NCBI GenBank assembly: GCA_965662845.1
Contig: CBFIJD010000001.1
Span: 1 to 60,001 of the forward strand
Length of the DNA: 60,001 bases
Source: an uncultured bacterium
GTDB taxonomy: Bacteria; SAR324; NAC60-12
Reading direction: 5' to 3'
Part shown: positions 31,954-42,428 of the stretch, one piece after another
Numbering within the stretch: position 1 is the stretch's first letter
Layout of the letters: every line of letters starts with the position of its first letter
Program-made: the position numbers and the translations under genes
The notes under the pieces: generated by a model
What the model saw: only the letters and a program-made list of their open reading frames with translations
What the model was told of the DNA's origin: nothing
Database searches by the model: none

Positions 31954-33014
31954 CTCGCGGTCTCGGCTTCACGGAGCACGCTCAGGAGACGGGACAGTCC
32001 CTCTGTCGAACGAAATGCCACCCGAAAATACGAGTCGTCTAAGCCGACGAAGTTGTGAGCTTCGCGGATCAGCACATTCTGGGTGGCACAGCGTCGCGCG
32101 ATCTCATCGGCTTTCAGCGTTTTGTGTTGTAGCAACACAAAGTTGGCCTCTGTTGGAAAGACGTTCACCTGCGACAAACTCTGAAGTTGGGGCAAAAAGT
32201 CGTCTCTCGTCTGCTGCGTTTGTCGCTGCATCGCCGAACAGTCTTGCCTGAGCAGCCTCGCGCCTAGCGCCTGCGCGCAACCGTTGATCGACCACGGCGA
32301 GAGCCAGCTTTCCACAAACTCCAGCAGGCCTGCGTTGCCCGTGTGCATCCACCCCAGACGAATCCCAGGCAGCCCCGTAATTTTCGAGAAAGAACGCAGG
32401 ATGATCAAATTAGGTAAAGATTCCGCGAGCAAAGTAAGCTCCGCTTCATTGGAAAGAAATGGCAGGTACGATTCGTCGACCAGAAAGACTGTCCAAGGAT
32501 GATCCGCGACGCAGGCGAGCAATTCTGACCTCGGCAGCAGACCCCCCGTCGGGTTGTTGGGATTGCAGAGAACAACCAAAGCGACTTGGTGACAGCAGTC
32601 GTGTAGTTGCTGCAGATCAACGCGAAACTCTTCCTCGGCTCGTAACACAATCGAGACCTCGCGTAGTCGGCACAGCCGAGCATACTTGCGATAATCATTG
32701 TAGGACGGGTGAAAGAGCAACACCGAGGTTTGGCGAAAATAGTCGAACACTAAGTGCAAGAGCTCTGTGCTCCCGTTGCCACACCAGACATGCTCTAGCG
32801 TCAAGGAGTAGTGTTCTGCGATTTGTTGTCGCAGGGTCAGCGCAAACGGCTCGGGCAGGCGGCTGAGAGCTTCGCTCTGCAACCAGCGGTCATCGTCAAA
32901 CACCGCATTGAACTCCGCAACATTGCTGCTCAAGTCATAGATTTGCTGGGGATCGACTCCCCGCGTTTGCGCCAACGCCCAAATGTTCCCGCCATGCAGA
33001 TTCTCAGATTTCAT
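31950..33014 (-). CDS. cobD: L-threonine-O-3-phosphate decarboxylase (PLP, class I/II aminotransferase fold)
   Basis: HGGN, GNGSTE, CNPNNPTG, VDESY, RSFSK..GLPGIRLG; cob operon context. Confidence 0.85.
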   Translation of the reverse strand: MKSENLHGGNIWALAQTRGVDPQQIYDLSSNVAEFNAVFDDDRWLQSEALSRLPEPFALTLRQQIAEHYSLTLEHVWCGNGSTELLHLVFDYFRQTSVLLFHPSYNDYRKYARLCRLREVSIVLRAEEEFRVDLQQLHDCCHQVALVVLCNPNNPTGGLLPRSELLACVADHPWTVFLVDESYLPFLSNEAELTLLAESLPNLIILRSFSKITGLPGIRLGWMHTGNAGLLEFVESWLSPWSINGCAQALGARLLRQDCSAMQRQTQQTRDDFLPQLQSLSQVNVFPTEANFVLLQHKTLKADEIARRCATQNVLIREAHNFVGLDDSYFRVAFRSTEGLSRLLSVLREAETAS

Positions 33015-33019
33015 GGCCG

Positions 33020-34687
33020 TTAGCCTAGTTCGCGCTGTTGTATCGTCAAACCACGCAGCAAATCGTCAAACCACTGCCACATTCCGCGCAGCTGAGCAGG
33101 CCGCCACCAAGCGCAACGCATATCGCTACGCGCAACGTGCTGAAACTCGCGACGCAGCTGAGCTTGTCGTTCATCCAGCGAAGCTGTCGAGTTCACGGTA
33201 GGCAACGCATCCGAACAAAAAATCCACCGATCCTGATGGGTCGCTCCTCTACGACGCCAATGGTGTCGCCCTTCCCGCAGAAGCTCCGGCAGAGGGCTCT
33301 CTCCAGAGGCTTCTTGCACCCTCTGTAACGCAAGCACCATTTGATGAGACGTCGTGTTCCGCGCCAGCCATTTGGGCTGCTCCTGTTGAAACGCCAGCAA
33401 AGAAAAGCGGACTCGCTTGTGCTTGCTTGCCAAGCTCGTGAGCTGCTCACGAGCAGCTTGCAAGAGCCCCGATGCCCCCGTCGAACGGCTCGTGTCGAGC
33501 AAAATCCACCACTGTGGGCGCCTGCGACTGTGTTGAAACCGAAGTTGCCACCCCACGCAGTCACCACCGTCCCGACGCGAAGCTAGCAGCGACTGTCGCC
33601 AATCAATCCGTAGATGCGGCTGTGAACTCACAGAGAATGGGGGAGTTCCCTGCGATGGACGACGCTTCGCAGAGACTTCCACAGATGGCGACGAGTGCTC
33701 CGCCTGTGGATCTTGGAGCGCGATGGATTGGGATTGGGCTCGTCGTGGCGCGGTAGCCGTCTGCCAGCGGGGTTGTGGCTTGGTCTGCGGCTCACTAGCC
33801 GTTTGAGGCGGGGGAGGCGTCGCGTGTTGATTGGGCTGGTGCTGGGGATAGCAAAGTTCCCAAGCTTCGGCGAGGTGCTGCTCGTTCACCGTCACAACAT
33901 CGCTCCAAACCGCTGCACAGCGTGCGGTACGCAAGACCGCGAGTTCGGTGCGGACGCCCTCCAATTGCAGCGCCTTTGCCCGCTCTGCGACCTGCGTTCG
34001 GAGCCCATCAGAGATCTGGACGTTCCGCAGCTGCTCTCGAGCGACAGCGATTCGGTGTTGCAGTTGGGCGATCTCGCGCTCGAACCGTCGAACAAAAGCT
34101 GGCGCGTCGTCGTCAAATTCCATCCGCAAGCGCACAATCTCGGTTCTCTCTTCCACGCTGAAGTGATCAGAGACATGAATTTTGTGAGCGAAGCGATCGA
34201 AGAGCTGCGGGCGGAGCTCGCCTTCTTCGGGGTTCATGGAGCCAATCAGCATATATTGAGCGGCGACCTGCTCCGAGATGCCATCGCGTTCGACACGATG
34301 CACTCCGCTCGCGGCCGAATCCAGCAGAGAGTCGGTGAGGTGATCGGGAAGCAGATTCACTTCGTCAATGTAGAGGATGCCCTCATGAGCTTGGGCCAGC
34401 AGTCCTCTCTGCGCGCTCCACTGGTTTTCCTGAACAAGCTGGGCAGCGTCAACGGAACCTAAGAGCCGGTCTTCTGTAGTGCCAAGCGGCACATCCACAA
34501 ACGGCGCTGGCGAGCCATCCGTCCGACACAAGATCTCAGCGAAAGCGCGGGCTAGGGTGCTCTTAGCGCAGCCGCGATGTCCCATCAGCAGCGAGCCATT
34601 GAGGCGAGGGTCAATCGCGTGATAGATCAGCGAGCGCTTCGCCTGCTGCATGCCGACAATCGCGACGAACGGGAATTGTGTACTCAT
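33020..34687 (-). CDS. ChlI/ChlD-like chelatase subunit (AAA+, Pro-rich linker, vWA), probable CobN partner
   Basis: FPFVAIVG, GHRGCAKST, TEDRLLGS, LYIDEVNLL, MNPEEGELRPQLFDRF, PPPP linker, LDTSRS MIDAS-like motif; ATGA overlap with the cobN stop. Confidence 0.88.
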   Translation of the reverse strand: MSTQFPFVAIVGMQQAKRSLIYHAIDPRLNGSLLMGHRGCAKSTLARAFAEILCRTDGSPAPFVDVPLGTTEDRLLGSVDAAQLVQENQWSAQRGLLAQAHEGILYIDEVNLLPDHLTDSLLDSAASGVHRVERDGISEQVAAQYMLIGSMNPEEGELRPQLFDRFAHKIHVSDHFSVEERTEIVRLRMEFDDDAPAFVRRFEREIAQLQHRIAVAREQLRNVQISDGLRTQVAERAKALQLEGVRTELAVLRTARCAAVWSDVVTVNEQHLAEAWELCYPQHQPNQHATPPPPQTASEPQTKPQPRWQTATAPRRAQSQSIALQDPQAEHSSPSVEVSAKRRPSQGTPPFSVSSQPHLRIDWRQSLLASRRDGGDCVGWQLRFQHSRRRPQWWILLDTSRSTGASGLLQAAREQLTSLASKHKRVRFSLLAFQQEQPKWLARNTTSHQMVLALQRVQEASGESPLPELLREGRHHWRRRGATHQDRWIFCSDALPTVNSTASLDERQAQLRREFQHVARSDMRCAWWRPAQLRGMWQWFDDLLRGLTIQQRELG

Positions 34688-37600
34688 TCCAAATTTCCCT
34701 GCAATTCTAGTAAGTTGTGCTGCAGCTGCGCTAGCAGCTCTGGATCTGCGTTCTCCCACATACCGCGCTCGTGCGCTTCCAGAATCCGCTGCGTCGCATC
34801 TCGCAAGGCCAGCGGGTTGTGTTTTTTGAAGAACTGCTGCTGTGTTTCGTCGAGCAATAACTTGTTCGCGAGGTCGCTATATTGCGCCTCACTCGCGACA
34901 TTGGTCGTGGCGTCATACCCGAAGAAGTAGTCCACCGTGGCGGCCATTTCAAACGCTCCTTTGTAACCGTGGCGACGCATTGCTTCGAGCCAGTGTGGGT
35001 TCAGCACACGACTGCGGAACACTCGATTGAACTCCTCCCGCAAGGTGCGCACCTTGATTTGATCTGGGTTGCTCGAATCTCCGTGATACGTCGCGGGCGC
35101 TTGGCCTCGGATTTGTTCGACCGCTGCGTGCAGCCCTCCGTGAAATTGGAAGTAGTCGTCGGAGTCCAGAATGTCGTGCTCGCGGTTGTCTTGGTTTTGA
35201 TGCACCACTTCAATTTCCCCCAAGCGCTGGCGCAACACGTCTTCGTCTTCTACTGAGCTACCGTCTGCGGCGTAACCGTGGCCGCCCCACTTCAGAAAGA
35301 CTTGGGTCAGGTCTTCTTTGCTCTCCCAGTTTCCAGCGTCTATCAGCGGCAACAACCCCGAGCCATAGCATCCGGGTCCCGCGCTGAAGACCCGCAAGTG
35401 CGCCAACTGTTGCGCCCGTTCCGAGGCAACGCCCTGCTCTCGCAGGCGCTCCTGTTCTTGCAGCCAGGTCGCGCGGATCGGGTTCTGCTCGGCGGGTTCG
35501 TCTAGCTCGGCCAAACGCTTGGGGACCGTGGCGAGCAAGCGCATCGTCTCTCCAAAGGCGTCGCGGAACAGCCCCGAGACCCGCAACAGCACATCCACCC
35601 GTGGACGCCTCAGCACGCTCAACGGCAAGATCTCAAAATCCACCAACCGCCCCGACGTGCGCTCCCAAACGGGTTCACAGCCCCACAGCCACAGAGCTTG
35701 GGCGATGTCGTCGCCACCGGTGCGCATGTTAGAAGTGCCCCAAATGACTAATGCGAGATGCCGCAAGTCGTCTCCATGGTCGTCACGATAACGCTCCAGC
35801 AAGCGCTCCGCGATTTGTTGCCCACACTTCCATGAGGTCGGCGTCGGAATCGTGCGTGGGTCGACGGCATAGAAGTTTCGTCCTGTCGGCAACACATCAT
35901 AGCGCCCCCGCGTGGGCGCTCCGGCGGGTCCCGGCTCCACAAAACGCCCCGCTAAGCCCCGTAGCAGCTGTGTGGTCTCTTGCGCACACGCTTCTAAGCG
36001 AGGCAGCAGCACGTCGCGCAATTGAATATGGAGCGCTTGCAGCTCTGCGTTTTCCTCGTCTGTGGCCTCTGGCTGCGCCGCAGCTGCAATCCACTCCCGA
36101 GCTCGCTGGTGGAGAGCATCACGCTGCTCAATCGGGAGAGCGCCCAAATCGAACTCGGCAGGACGATCCGCGAGACAGTGCAGCAACCCCCGCCCTTGAG
36201 GAGTCGCCATCCGCAACAGGCTCAACAAAAAATCCGTGCGCAATTCCCCTTGCGGGACCTCCCCAAAGATGTGCAACCCAGAGCGAATTTGGCTCTCTTT
36301 GATGTCGCACAAAAAGTTACTCAGCGCATTGAACCAGTCTTCGTCTGGCGGAAGCTCGTCGCGCCAGGTCGCTTCTTCTAAAAGGTGCTCAATCTGATGC
36401 TCTAGCTCGTGCGCCCGCTCAGGGTTCATCGTCTCGCAGTGAGCGTGCTCTTCCAACAGACGCTCCACCTGCTGAAGCTCATCATAGAGCCCCGCACGCG
36501 CCAGCGGTGGGGTGAGATGATCTACAATCACCGCAGACGTTCGACGTTTTGCCTGGGTTCCTTCCCCTGGGTTGTTGACAATGAAAGGATAGAGGTGGGG
36601 CAGGGGGCCAAGGCAGTGCCAAGGATAATCTTCGGGGCCCAGCCCCACACTACGCCCGGGGAGCCACTCTAAGTTCCCGTGCTTGCCAAAGTGAATGACC
36701 GCGTCCGCCTTAAATTCTGCGCGGAGCCAGTGATAGAAAGCCAAGTAGTGAGGAGGCGGAGGCAGCTCAGGGCTGTGATAGATGGCTTGGGTTTGGACTT
36801 CAAATCCGCGCGCAGGCTGAATGCCAATAAAAACGTTCCCCAAACAAAATCCAGCAATTGGGAAGTGCTCGGGCAGCGCTTGTGGCCAATATGCGCTCAG
36901 CTGCTCTTGCAGCGTAGAGGGCAAGCTACGGATGAATTGGTCGAACTGCTCGCGCGCAAGCCAGTGGTCTAAGTATTTGCCGTAGTTGCCCTCTGGGTCA
37001 TTGGTGATCCCGGCTTGCAAGCGCTCGATGAGGGCATCTCCGTTCGCAGGCAGCGTCTCTGGCAATTGATAGCCCTCTTGCCCCAACACCGCCAAGAACC
37101 GAACAACGCTCTCTGGCGTATCGAGCCCCACTCCGTTTCCAAGACGGCTGTCTCGGTTGGGGTAGTTCGCTAAAATCAGCGCGATGCGCTTCTCGCCGTT
37201 CGTCTTGCGCCGCAGATTTCGCCAGTTGCCCACCAGCTCGGCAACAAACTCAATCTGAGGCAACGCTGGTTGCAGACGTTTCAACGTCCACTGCGCATTG
37301 GATAAGCGCTGCGCGTCTTCTTTGAACCCAACCAACGTCCCCAGCACACGCCCGTCCATTTCCGGCAGAGCGACATTCATCGCCACTTCTGAAGGCGAGA
37401 GTCCCCGCGGATTGTGCTCCCACGTGTGCTCGTCGCGCAGAGACACCGGAATTTGCAACACCGGACAATCCAACTTCTCTAAAAAAGAGCGTTGTGACGC
37501 TTCCTGTAAGCAGACGGAGAAACTCTGCGTCGTCAGCACGACTTGCGGAGGTTCCAGCTTTGCCGCCTGTAACAGCTGAGCCTGCGCGTCAGGGTCACGC

Positions 37601-38295
37601 AAGGAGTAAGCGTAGCAACACCGCACCTGAAGTCCCCGTCGCGTCAGCGCTTCACGCAGGGAGTCCACCACAGCCACGTCACCGGTCTGGTACCAAGCGC
37701 GATAGAAGCAGATCCAAACGACATTATCCGCTTGAGGGGCGTTGCTCACAGGGTCGCCATACCAGCCAAAACGCGGCATGGGCTGTAGCTCTGCGGGAGA
37801 TTGCTGCGCGTCGCCCAGCTCTCGCAAGGCGATGCGACCCACCTGTTCGACGTTAAAGAGTCCCCCCTCACGGAAATACTCAAAGCACTGTCGAACGACC
37901 TCTTCTGCGAAGTCATTATCAGGCAACACTCCCGCGTCCCACTGGTCTGTGCTCGGAATCAACAGACAACGCGTCTGAGCGCCATGCGAGCGCAGATGCC
38001 GCAGTTCATCCAACAGATGAGGGAAGTAGCCGTCCCCGCCCAGCAAGCGCATCACCACGATTCGTGCAGAAGCCACCACTTGTCGAACATATTTCTGCGC
38101 AGTCTCAGGGTGCTGCAACGGCGCCGCGTGCAGCAATCTCAGGCGTTCTCCCAACAGCGGCAACCACGTCTGGGCAACGGCGGCTAAGTCTGTGTCTGCC
38201 GCGCTCAGAAACACCACTTCGGCGGGCGTTTGCTCAATTTCATGCTGCGGGTGTTCGTGGTCGAGGTGCCCCGACTCAGTAGCGACGCGGTGCAT
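34684..38295 (-). CDS. cobN: Cobaltochelatase subunit CobN
   Basis: LPEMDGR, GVGLDTP, HFGKHGNLEWLPG, PGEGTQAKRR, LPTGRNFY, RVSGLFRD, DSDDYFQFHGG, HGYKGA. Confidence 0.96.
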   Translation of the reverse strand: MHRVATESGHLDHEHPQHEIEQTPAEVVFLSAADTDLAAVAQTWLPLLGERLRLLHAAPLQHPETAQKYVRQVVASARIVVMRLLGGDGYFPHLLDELRHLRSHGAQTRCLLIPSTDQWDAGVLPDNDFAEEVVRQCFEYFREGGLFNVEQVGRIALRELGDAQQSPAELQPMPRFGWYGDPVSNAPQADNVVWICFYRAWYQTGDVAVVDSLREALTRRGLQVRCCYAYSLRDPDAQAQLLQAAKLEPPQVVLTTQSFSVCLQEASQRSFLEKLDCPVLQIPVSLRDEHTWEHNPRGLSPSEVAMNVALPEMDGRVLGTLVGFKEDAQRLSNAQWTLKRLQPALPQIEFVAELVGNWRNLRRKTNGEKRIALILANYPNRDSRLGNGVGLDTPESVVRFLAVLGQEGYQLPETLPANGDALIERLQAGITNDPEGNYGKYLDHWLAREQFDQFIRSLPSTLQEQLSAYWPQALPEHFPIAGFCLGNVFIGIQPARGFEVQTQAIYHSPELPPPPHYLAFYHWLRAEFKADAVIHFGKHGNLEWLPGRSVGLGPEDYPWHCLGPLPHLYPFIVNNPGEGTQAKRRTSAVIVDHLTPPLARAGLYDELQQVERLLEEHAHCETMNPERAHELEHQIEHLLEEATWRDELPPDEDWFNALSNFLCDIKESQIRSGLHIFGEVPQGELRTDFLLSLLRMATPQGRGLLHCLADRPAEFDLGALPIEQRDALHQRAREWIAAAAQPEATDEENAELQALHIQLRDVLLPRLEACAQETTQLLRGLAGRFVEPGPAGAPTRGRYDVLPTGRNFYAVDPRTIPTPTSWKCGQQIAERLLERYRDDHGDDLRHLALVIWGTSNMRTGGDDIAQALWLWGCEPVWERTSGRLVDFEILPLSVLRRPRVDVLLRVSGLFRDAFGETMRLLATVPKRLAELDEPAEQNPIRATWLQEQERLREQGVASERAQQLAHLRVFSAGPGCYGSGLLPLIDAGNWESKEDLTQVFLKWGGHGYAADGSSVEDEDVLRQRLGEIEVVHQNQDNREHDILDSDDYFQFHGGLHAAVEQIRGQAPATYHGDSSNPDQIKVRTLREEFNRVFRSRVLNPHWLEAMRRHGYKGAFEMAATVDYFFGYDATTNVASEAQYSDLANKLLLDETQQQFFKKHNPLALRDATQRILEAHERGMWENADPELLAQLQHNLLELQGNLE

Positions 38296-38967
38296 TTAGA
38301 CCTGACTCGGCATCGGTTGCAGAGCGCGAATTAGCATGATGCTCATATCGCTAAACTCTTGAGTGCAGGCCGCCAAGGTGCCTGACCAAGTGGCTTCCAT
38401 GCCGGTGAGGTTTTCCCAAACTTCCACAGGGTGTTCTCCCGAGATTCCTTGTTCTAATAAATAGCGACAGACCGCGCTGGGCATCAAATCCCACGTGTGT
38501 GGAATCACAATCGCGTTGCGGTCATCTCGCAGCACGTGCACCAGATGGCGCTTGAACGGCTCCAAATCACCGCGCCGATGAAAAGTGACAAACGTCGTCT
38601 CATCAAAACACACCTTCGCCTTAGACGCCAAAATTTGGGCAGCGCTGATGCCCGGAATGACTTCCACGCGATGTCCGCAGGCTTTCTCGACGCGCTCAAT
38701 CATCTGAAAGCCTGAGAAATGCGGGTCTCCCATAAACAACACCACCACATTTTTTCCCTCGTGATGGGCAGACGCCGCGCGCTCCAGCTCTTCGACTTGG
38801 TTTTTGTAGGTCAAATGAACGAACTCTGCCGCTGGCGACGCCAACGGTCGCGCGAACTCGTTGACCGTGCGGAAGCCTACAATCCACTCCGCATCACGGA
38901 TCAATGCCGCGCCCCGTTGCGTGAGATAGTTCATGTCGCCTGGGCCAATGCCCACACCAATAATCAT
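38296..38967 (-). CDS. cbiE: Cobalt-precorrin-7 C5-methyltransferase (CbiE-like, stand-alone)
   Basis: GIGPG, GDPHFSG, IPGISAAQ, WENLT tetrapyrrole methylase motifs. Confidence 0.8.
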   Translation of the reverse strand: MIIGVGIGPGDMNYLTQRGAALIRDAEWIVGFRTVNEFARPLASPAAEFVHLTYKNQVEELERAASAHHEGKNVVVLFMGDPHFSGFQMIERVEKACGHRVEVIPGISAAQILASKAKVCFDETTFVTFHRRGDLEPFKRHLVHVLRDDRNAIVIPHTWDLMPSAVCRYLLEQGISGEHPVEVWENLTGMEATWSGTLAACTQEFSDMSIMLIRALQPMPSQV

Positions 38968-40286
38968 GTTGTCTGCTGAAAAAAGAGGTTGTCGAACAAA
39001 TTCGAGGCTTGCGGAAAGTAGAGATGGACGTACGACGCGTGCAGGTTGCGATAGCGGAAACCTTCACGACGCGACGCCTTGCGCGAGACTTTTTGCACAT
39101 TCCACAGGTTCGCGTGCTGGTCTTCGCCCAACCAGCGTGAGTGATGGAACTCGTGGCCTCTGAGCACAGACCCATCTGGGGCGCTCACTTGGGAGTAACC
39201 AAAGTGCTGCAACCGCTCCGTCATCTCCACCGACTCCGGCACGACTCCGGCCATTTCATACTCGGTGCCGTCTAACAAGCGCAGGCGCTCGGCTAACAAC
39301 ATCAACCCGCCACACTCGGCGTAGCAAGCTCCACCGCGCTCTATGAAGTCATGCAGCGACTTCAGCAAGTTTTTGTTGGACGCAATCTCGGCGGCGAACA
39401 ATTCGGGGAAACCGCCTCCTAGGATCACGCCGTCTGTCGCCAAAGGCAGCGCTGGGTCATGCAGCGGAGAGAACGCGACCAGCTCGGCGCCACGACGGCG
39501 CAACCACTCCAGGTTCTCGTGATAGTAAAAGTGGAAGGCTTCGTCTTGGGCGACCGCGATGCGCAGCCGAGGATGTGGGGAGGGAGCCTCAGCAGCGCTC
39601 GTCTCCTGCGACGTCAGCTGGAGCTGAAGCAAGGCTTCCACCTGCAAATGCTCTTCGCCGAGCGCCGCGAACCGTTGGACAGAGGAGAACTCCAGCTCAG
39701 CACTCGCCGTCAGCCCCAGATGTCTCTCTGGCCACTCTAGCTCCGCCAGCTGAGGAACCACTCCCAAAATGGGAAGCTCTAACTCTGCGAACGCACGCCC
39801 CAGGTACTCCGCGTGAGCCGCACCATTGACTTGGTTCAAGATGAGCCCGACGATCTGAGCTGGTTTTGCGTCTAACAAAAACCCCCGGATCGCCGCTTTG
39901 AGAGAGCGCCCGGCCTTCGCGCACGGGACGATCAGCACAATCGGCCACCCCAACCACTGTGCGATCTCTAATGTGCTGCCAGCATGACTCTGTGGATCAG
40001 AACCGTCGAACAGCCCCATCACCCCTTCCAGCAGATTAGAGCGGCCCTTTCCATAGCTCCGCGCTAAGCGTTGAACATCCGCGTGGCCCATCATCCAAGC
40101 GTCCAGATTGATCGAAGGACGCCCAGCAAAACGTTGATGATAAGCCGGATCAATATAATCCGGCCCGGCCTTGAAGGGCTGAGGCGCCAAGCCTCGCTCC
40201 CGCAGCGCTGCGAGCAGCATGCACGTCACAGCAGTTTTGCCGCTGGAGCTTTGCATACCAGCCAGCACCAGCCCCTCCGGCGTCAA
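38964..40286 (-). CDS. cobB: Cobyrinate a,c-diamide synthase
   Basis: SSSGKT, FKAGPDYIDP, EGVMGLFDG, ERHLGL, AFHFYY, YAECGGLM, GHEFH. Confidence 0.95.
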   Translation of the reverse strand: MTPEGLVLAGMQSSSGKTAVTCMLLAALRERGLAPQPFKAGPDYIDPAYHQRFAGRPSINLDAWMMGHADVQRLARSYGKGRSNLLEGVMGLFDGSDPQSHAGSTLEIAQWLGWPIVLIVPCAKAGRSLKAAIRGFLLDAKPAQIVGLILNQVNGAAHAEYLGRAFAELELPILGVVPQLAELEWPERHLGLTASAELEFSSVQRFAALGEEHLQVEALLQLQLTSQETSAAEAPSPHPRLRIAVAQDEAFHFYYHENLEWLRRRGAELVAFSPLHDPALPLATDGVILGGGFPELFAAEIASNKNLLKSLHDFIERGGACYAECGGLMLLAERLRLLDGTEYEMAGVVPESVEMTERLQHFGYSQVSAPDGSVLRGHEFHHSRWLGEDQHANLWNVQKVSRKASRREGFRYRNLHASYVHLYFPQASNLFDNLFFQQTT

Positions 40287-40879
40287 AATTCAATCCCAAG
40301 GCGGGCGCGGACTCCTTGGTCAAAGTGATGCTTGACTTTGCGCATCTCAGTCACCACGTCAGCCCGCTCAACCAGCTCTGCGTGCGCGTGACGCCCTGTG
40401 AACACCAGCTCAACTTCAGGCGGGCGACTGTCGACCAAATCCAAAATTTGCTCCAAGTCGATCAAATTGCGGTGAACGCAGTAGTTCATCTCGTCGGCAA
40501 TCACGAGGTCATACTCACCGGAACACACGACCTCTTTGAGCGCCGCGACCTCCGGCTTCAATTCCGCGCGCATCCGCTCGATGTCTTGGGGAACCTTCTT
40601 GCTCACACACAGCGCCCAGTAGTGTGGGACGTTGCGAAACGTCAAATTAGGATGCAAATCCGGGCAAAGCTTCAGCTCCCCTGTCTTCCAGCGAGGCTTG
40701 AGCATCCGCAAGTAATACACCCGAAACCCGGCCCCCAAGGCGCGTAACATCAAGCCTAGCGACGCGGTGCTCTTGCCTTTGCCTTCCCCCGTGTAAATCT
40801 GAAACGCTCCCTGCTTGATCGGTGGGCGCTTCGGTTCTTCCGGCTCAGAACTTTCGTCGAACTTTTCTAATTCATTCAT
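40283..40879 (-). CDS. cobO: Cob(I)yrinic acid a,c-diamide adenosyltransferase (BtuR/CobO)
   Basis: YTGEGKGKSTA, DE, ELVFTGR, VTEMRKVKH, GIEF. Confidence 0.92.
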   Translation of the reverse strand: MNELEKFDESSEPEEPKRPPIKQGAFQIYTGEGKGKSTASLGLMLRALGAGFRVYYLRMLKPRWKTGELKLCPDLHPNLTFRNVPHYWALCVSKKVPQDIERMRAELKPEVAALKEVVCSGEYDLVIADEMNYCVHRNLIDLEQILDLVDSRPPEVELVFTGRHAHAELVERADVVTEMRKVKHHFDQGVRARLGIEF

Positions 40880-42428
40880 ATCGACCTTCTTTGACCCAAG
40901 CACAAAGCTGTGAGATGTCTGCCAAATGCCGAGGATATTTGATGGGAGGACGGCGCAACACAATCACGGGGAGGCGCAGCTCTTTAGCCGCGTCGAGTTT
41001 TTCCACAAATCCTCCGGCGGCCCCAGAGTCCTTCGTGACAACAACTTCGATAGCCCACTGCCGCCAAAGCGCGAGATTTTGTTCAACACTAAATGGCCCC
41101 TGCTGCGCGCAAACATTTTTGACAGGGACTCCAGACTGCTCCAATGCGCGCAGAGACTCGACACTAGGCGCGCAGCGCACAAACCACTCGTGCTTCTGGT
41201 CTGCATCACACTGCACAAAGCGCTTCGCGCTCTGGCTCCCTGTCGCCAAAAAAATACGGTTTCCACGCTGCATCGCCGCCTGCGCTGCGACGTCCACGGC
41301 CTCACAAATCACCTCAATGTGCCGTAGGGAGGCTTCTGTCAGCGCCGAGGGGCGTTCATAGCGTATGTAAGGGATCTTTAACTGCGCTGAGAGTTCCAAC
41401 AGCTGGCGGGATATTTGTGCGGCGAATGGATGGGTAGCATCGACGATCACACGGGCTGAATGTTGTTGGAGTAAAGCAGCTCGTTGCTCTTTTCCTAAAC
41501 GCCCTGACACGACCGGCAGCGCCCGCAGCTCGGCTTGAGTGGCCCCTAAATCGGTGGCTGTAGATACGACGACCGCGTCTCCCTCGGCTTGTAGGCGGCG
41601 AGCGATTTCGTTGCCATCGCTGGTTCCTGAAAAGACCCAGACCGCGTGGTGGGGGAGGTCGCGTTGTGGAAGCGGATCCCACCCCTGATAGCCTCGTGGC
41701 GTAAATAAGAAGTGCTGCTTGCGCTGTGTAAAACGGTTGCCAATCACAATCGAAGTCAGCATGTCGAAGCGCTGTGCGCGCAGCTCATTCAACGGAAACA
41801 GTTGCACTGACTGCTCTTCGCGATAAGCGTTCCGTACGACCCCACACCACGTCTCAGGGGATTTGTGTTCAGCGAAAATCTCCAAGATCTGATAGACCCC
41901 CTCCTGCCGACTTTTGCTCTGCACGTTATAGAGCACTGCCGCGAGGTCGGCTCGAGCGATATGGCGCGCGCGCTCTTCAATCCAATTCCATGGGCACAAC
42001 AAATCAGAGAGGGAGAGCGTGGCGAAGTCATGGGAAAGCGGGGCTCCTAGCAGAGCAGCGCAGGCGTTAGCCGCTGAGATTCCGGGGATCACTTCCACTG
42101 GAAAAGAGTCTGCTTCCTCCAACAATTCAAAGGCGAGCGTCGCCATCGCATACACGCCGATGTCTCCGCTTGAGACCAAGCTCACCCGTTTGCCTTGCCG
42201 CGCCAACTCCAAGGCGCGCTCTGCGCGGCGGCGTTCTTGCGTCAACGGGAATGTCTCAATCTGCTTCTTTTGAATCCAAGGCCCGACCCACCGCATGTAG
42301 AGGTCATAACCGACGATTACGTCACTGTTCGACAATGCCTGTCGCGCTTTCTCTGGGACTAACTCCGCGAAGCCGGGCCCAACGGAGACCAGAAATAATT
42401 GTCCGACGGCGCTTTGTTCAGTTGACAT
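40872..42428 (-). CDS. cobJ: Fusion of precorrin-3B C17-methyltransferase (CobJ/CbiH) and precorrin-6X reductase (CobK/CbiJ)
   Basis: N-half VSSGDIGVYAMA, GAPLSHDF..LSLSDLL.PW; C-half SGTSDG, DATHPFA, YIRYER, QGPFS, TKDSG..GG..EK. Confidence 0.92.
   Translation of the reverse strand: MSTEQSAVGQLFLVSVGPGFAELVPEKARQALSNSDVIVGYDLYMRWVGPWIQKKQIETFPLTQERRRAERALELARQGKRVSLVSSGDIGVYAMATLAFELLEEADSFPVEVIPGISAANACAALLGAPLSHDFATLSLSDLLCPWNWIEERARHIARADLAAVLYNVQSKSRQEGVYQILEIFAEHKSPETWCGVVRNAYREEQSVQLFPLNELRAQRFDMLTSIVIGNRFTQRKQHFLFTPRGYQGWDPLPQRDLPHHAVWVFSGTSDGNEIARRLQAEGDAVVVSTATDLGATQAELRALPVVSGRLGKEQRAALLQQHSARVIVDATHPFAAQISRQLLELSAQLKIPYIRYERPSALTEASLRHIEVICEAVDVAAQAAMQRGNRIFLATGSQSAKRFVQCDADQKHEWFVRCAPSVESLRALEQSGVPVKNVCAQQGPFSVEQNLALWRQWAIEVVVTKDSGAAGGFVEKLDAAKELRLPVIVLRRPPIKYPRHLADISQLCAWVKEGRYE

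Noticed and set aside
33020..38295. Magnesium chelatase, i.e. chlorophyll synthesis or phototrophy, given the nearby photoreceptor
   Set aside because: The large subunit has CobN-type motifs and sits inside a B12-riboswitch operon; no bch/chl or reaction-centre genes are present.
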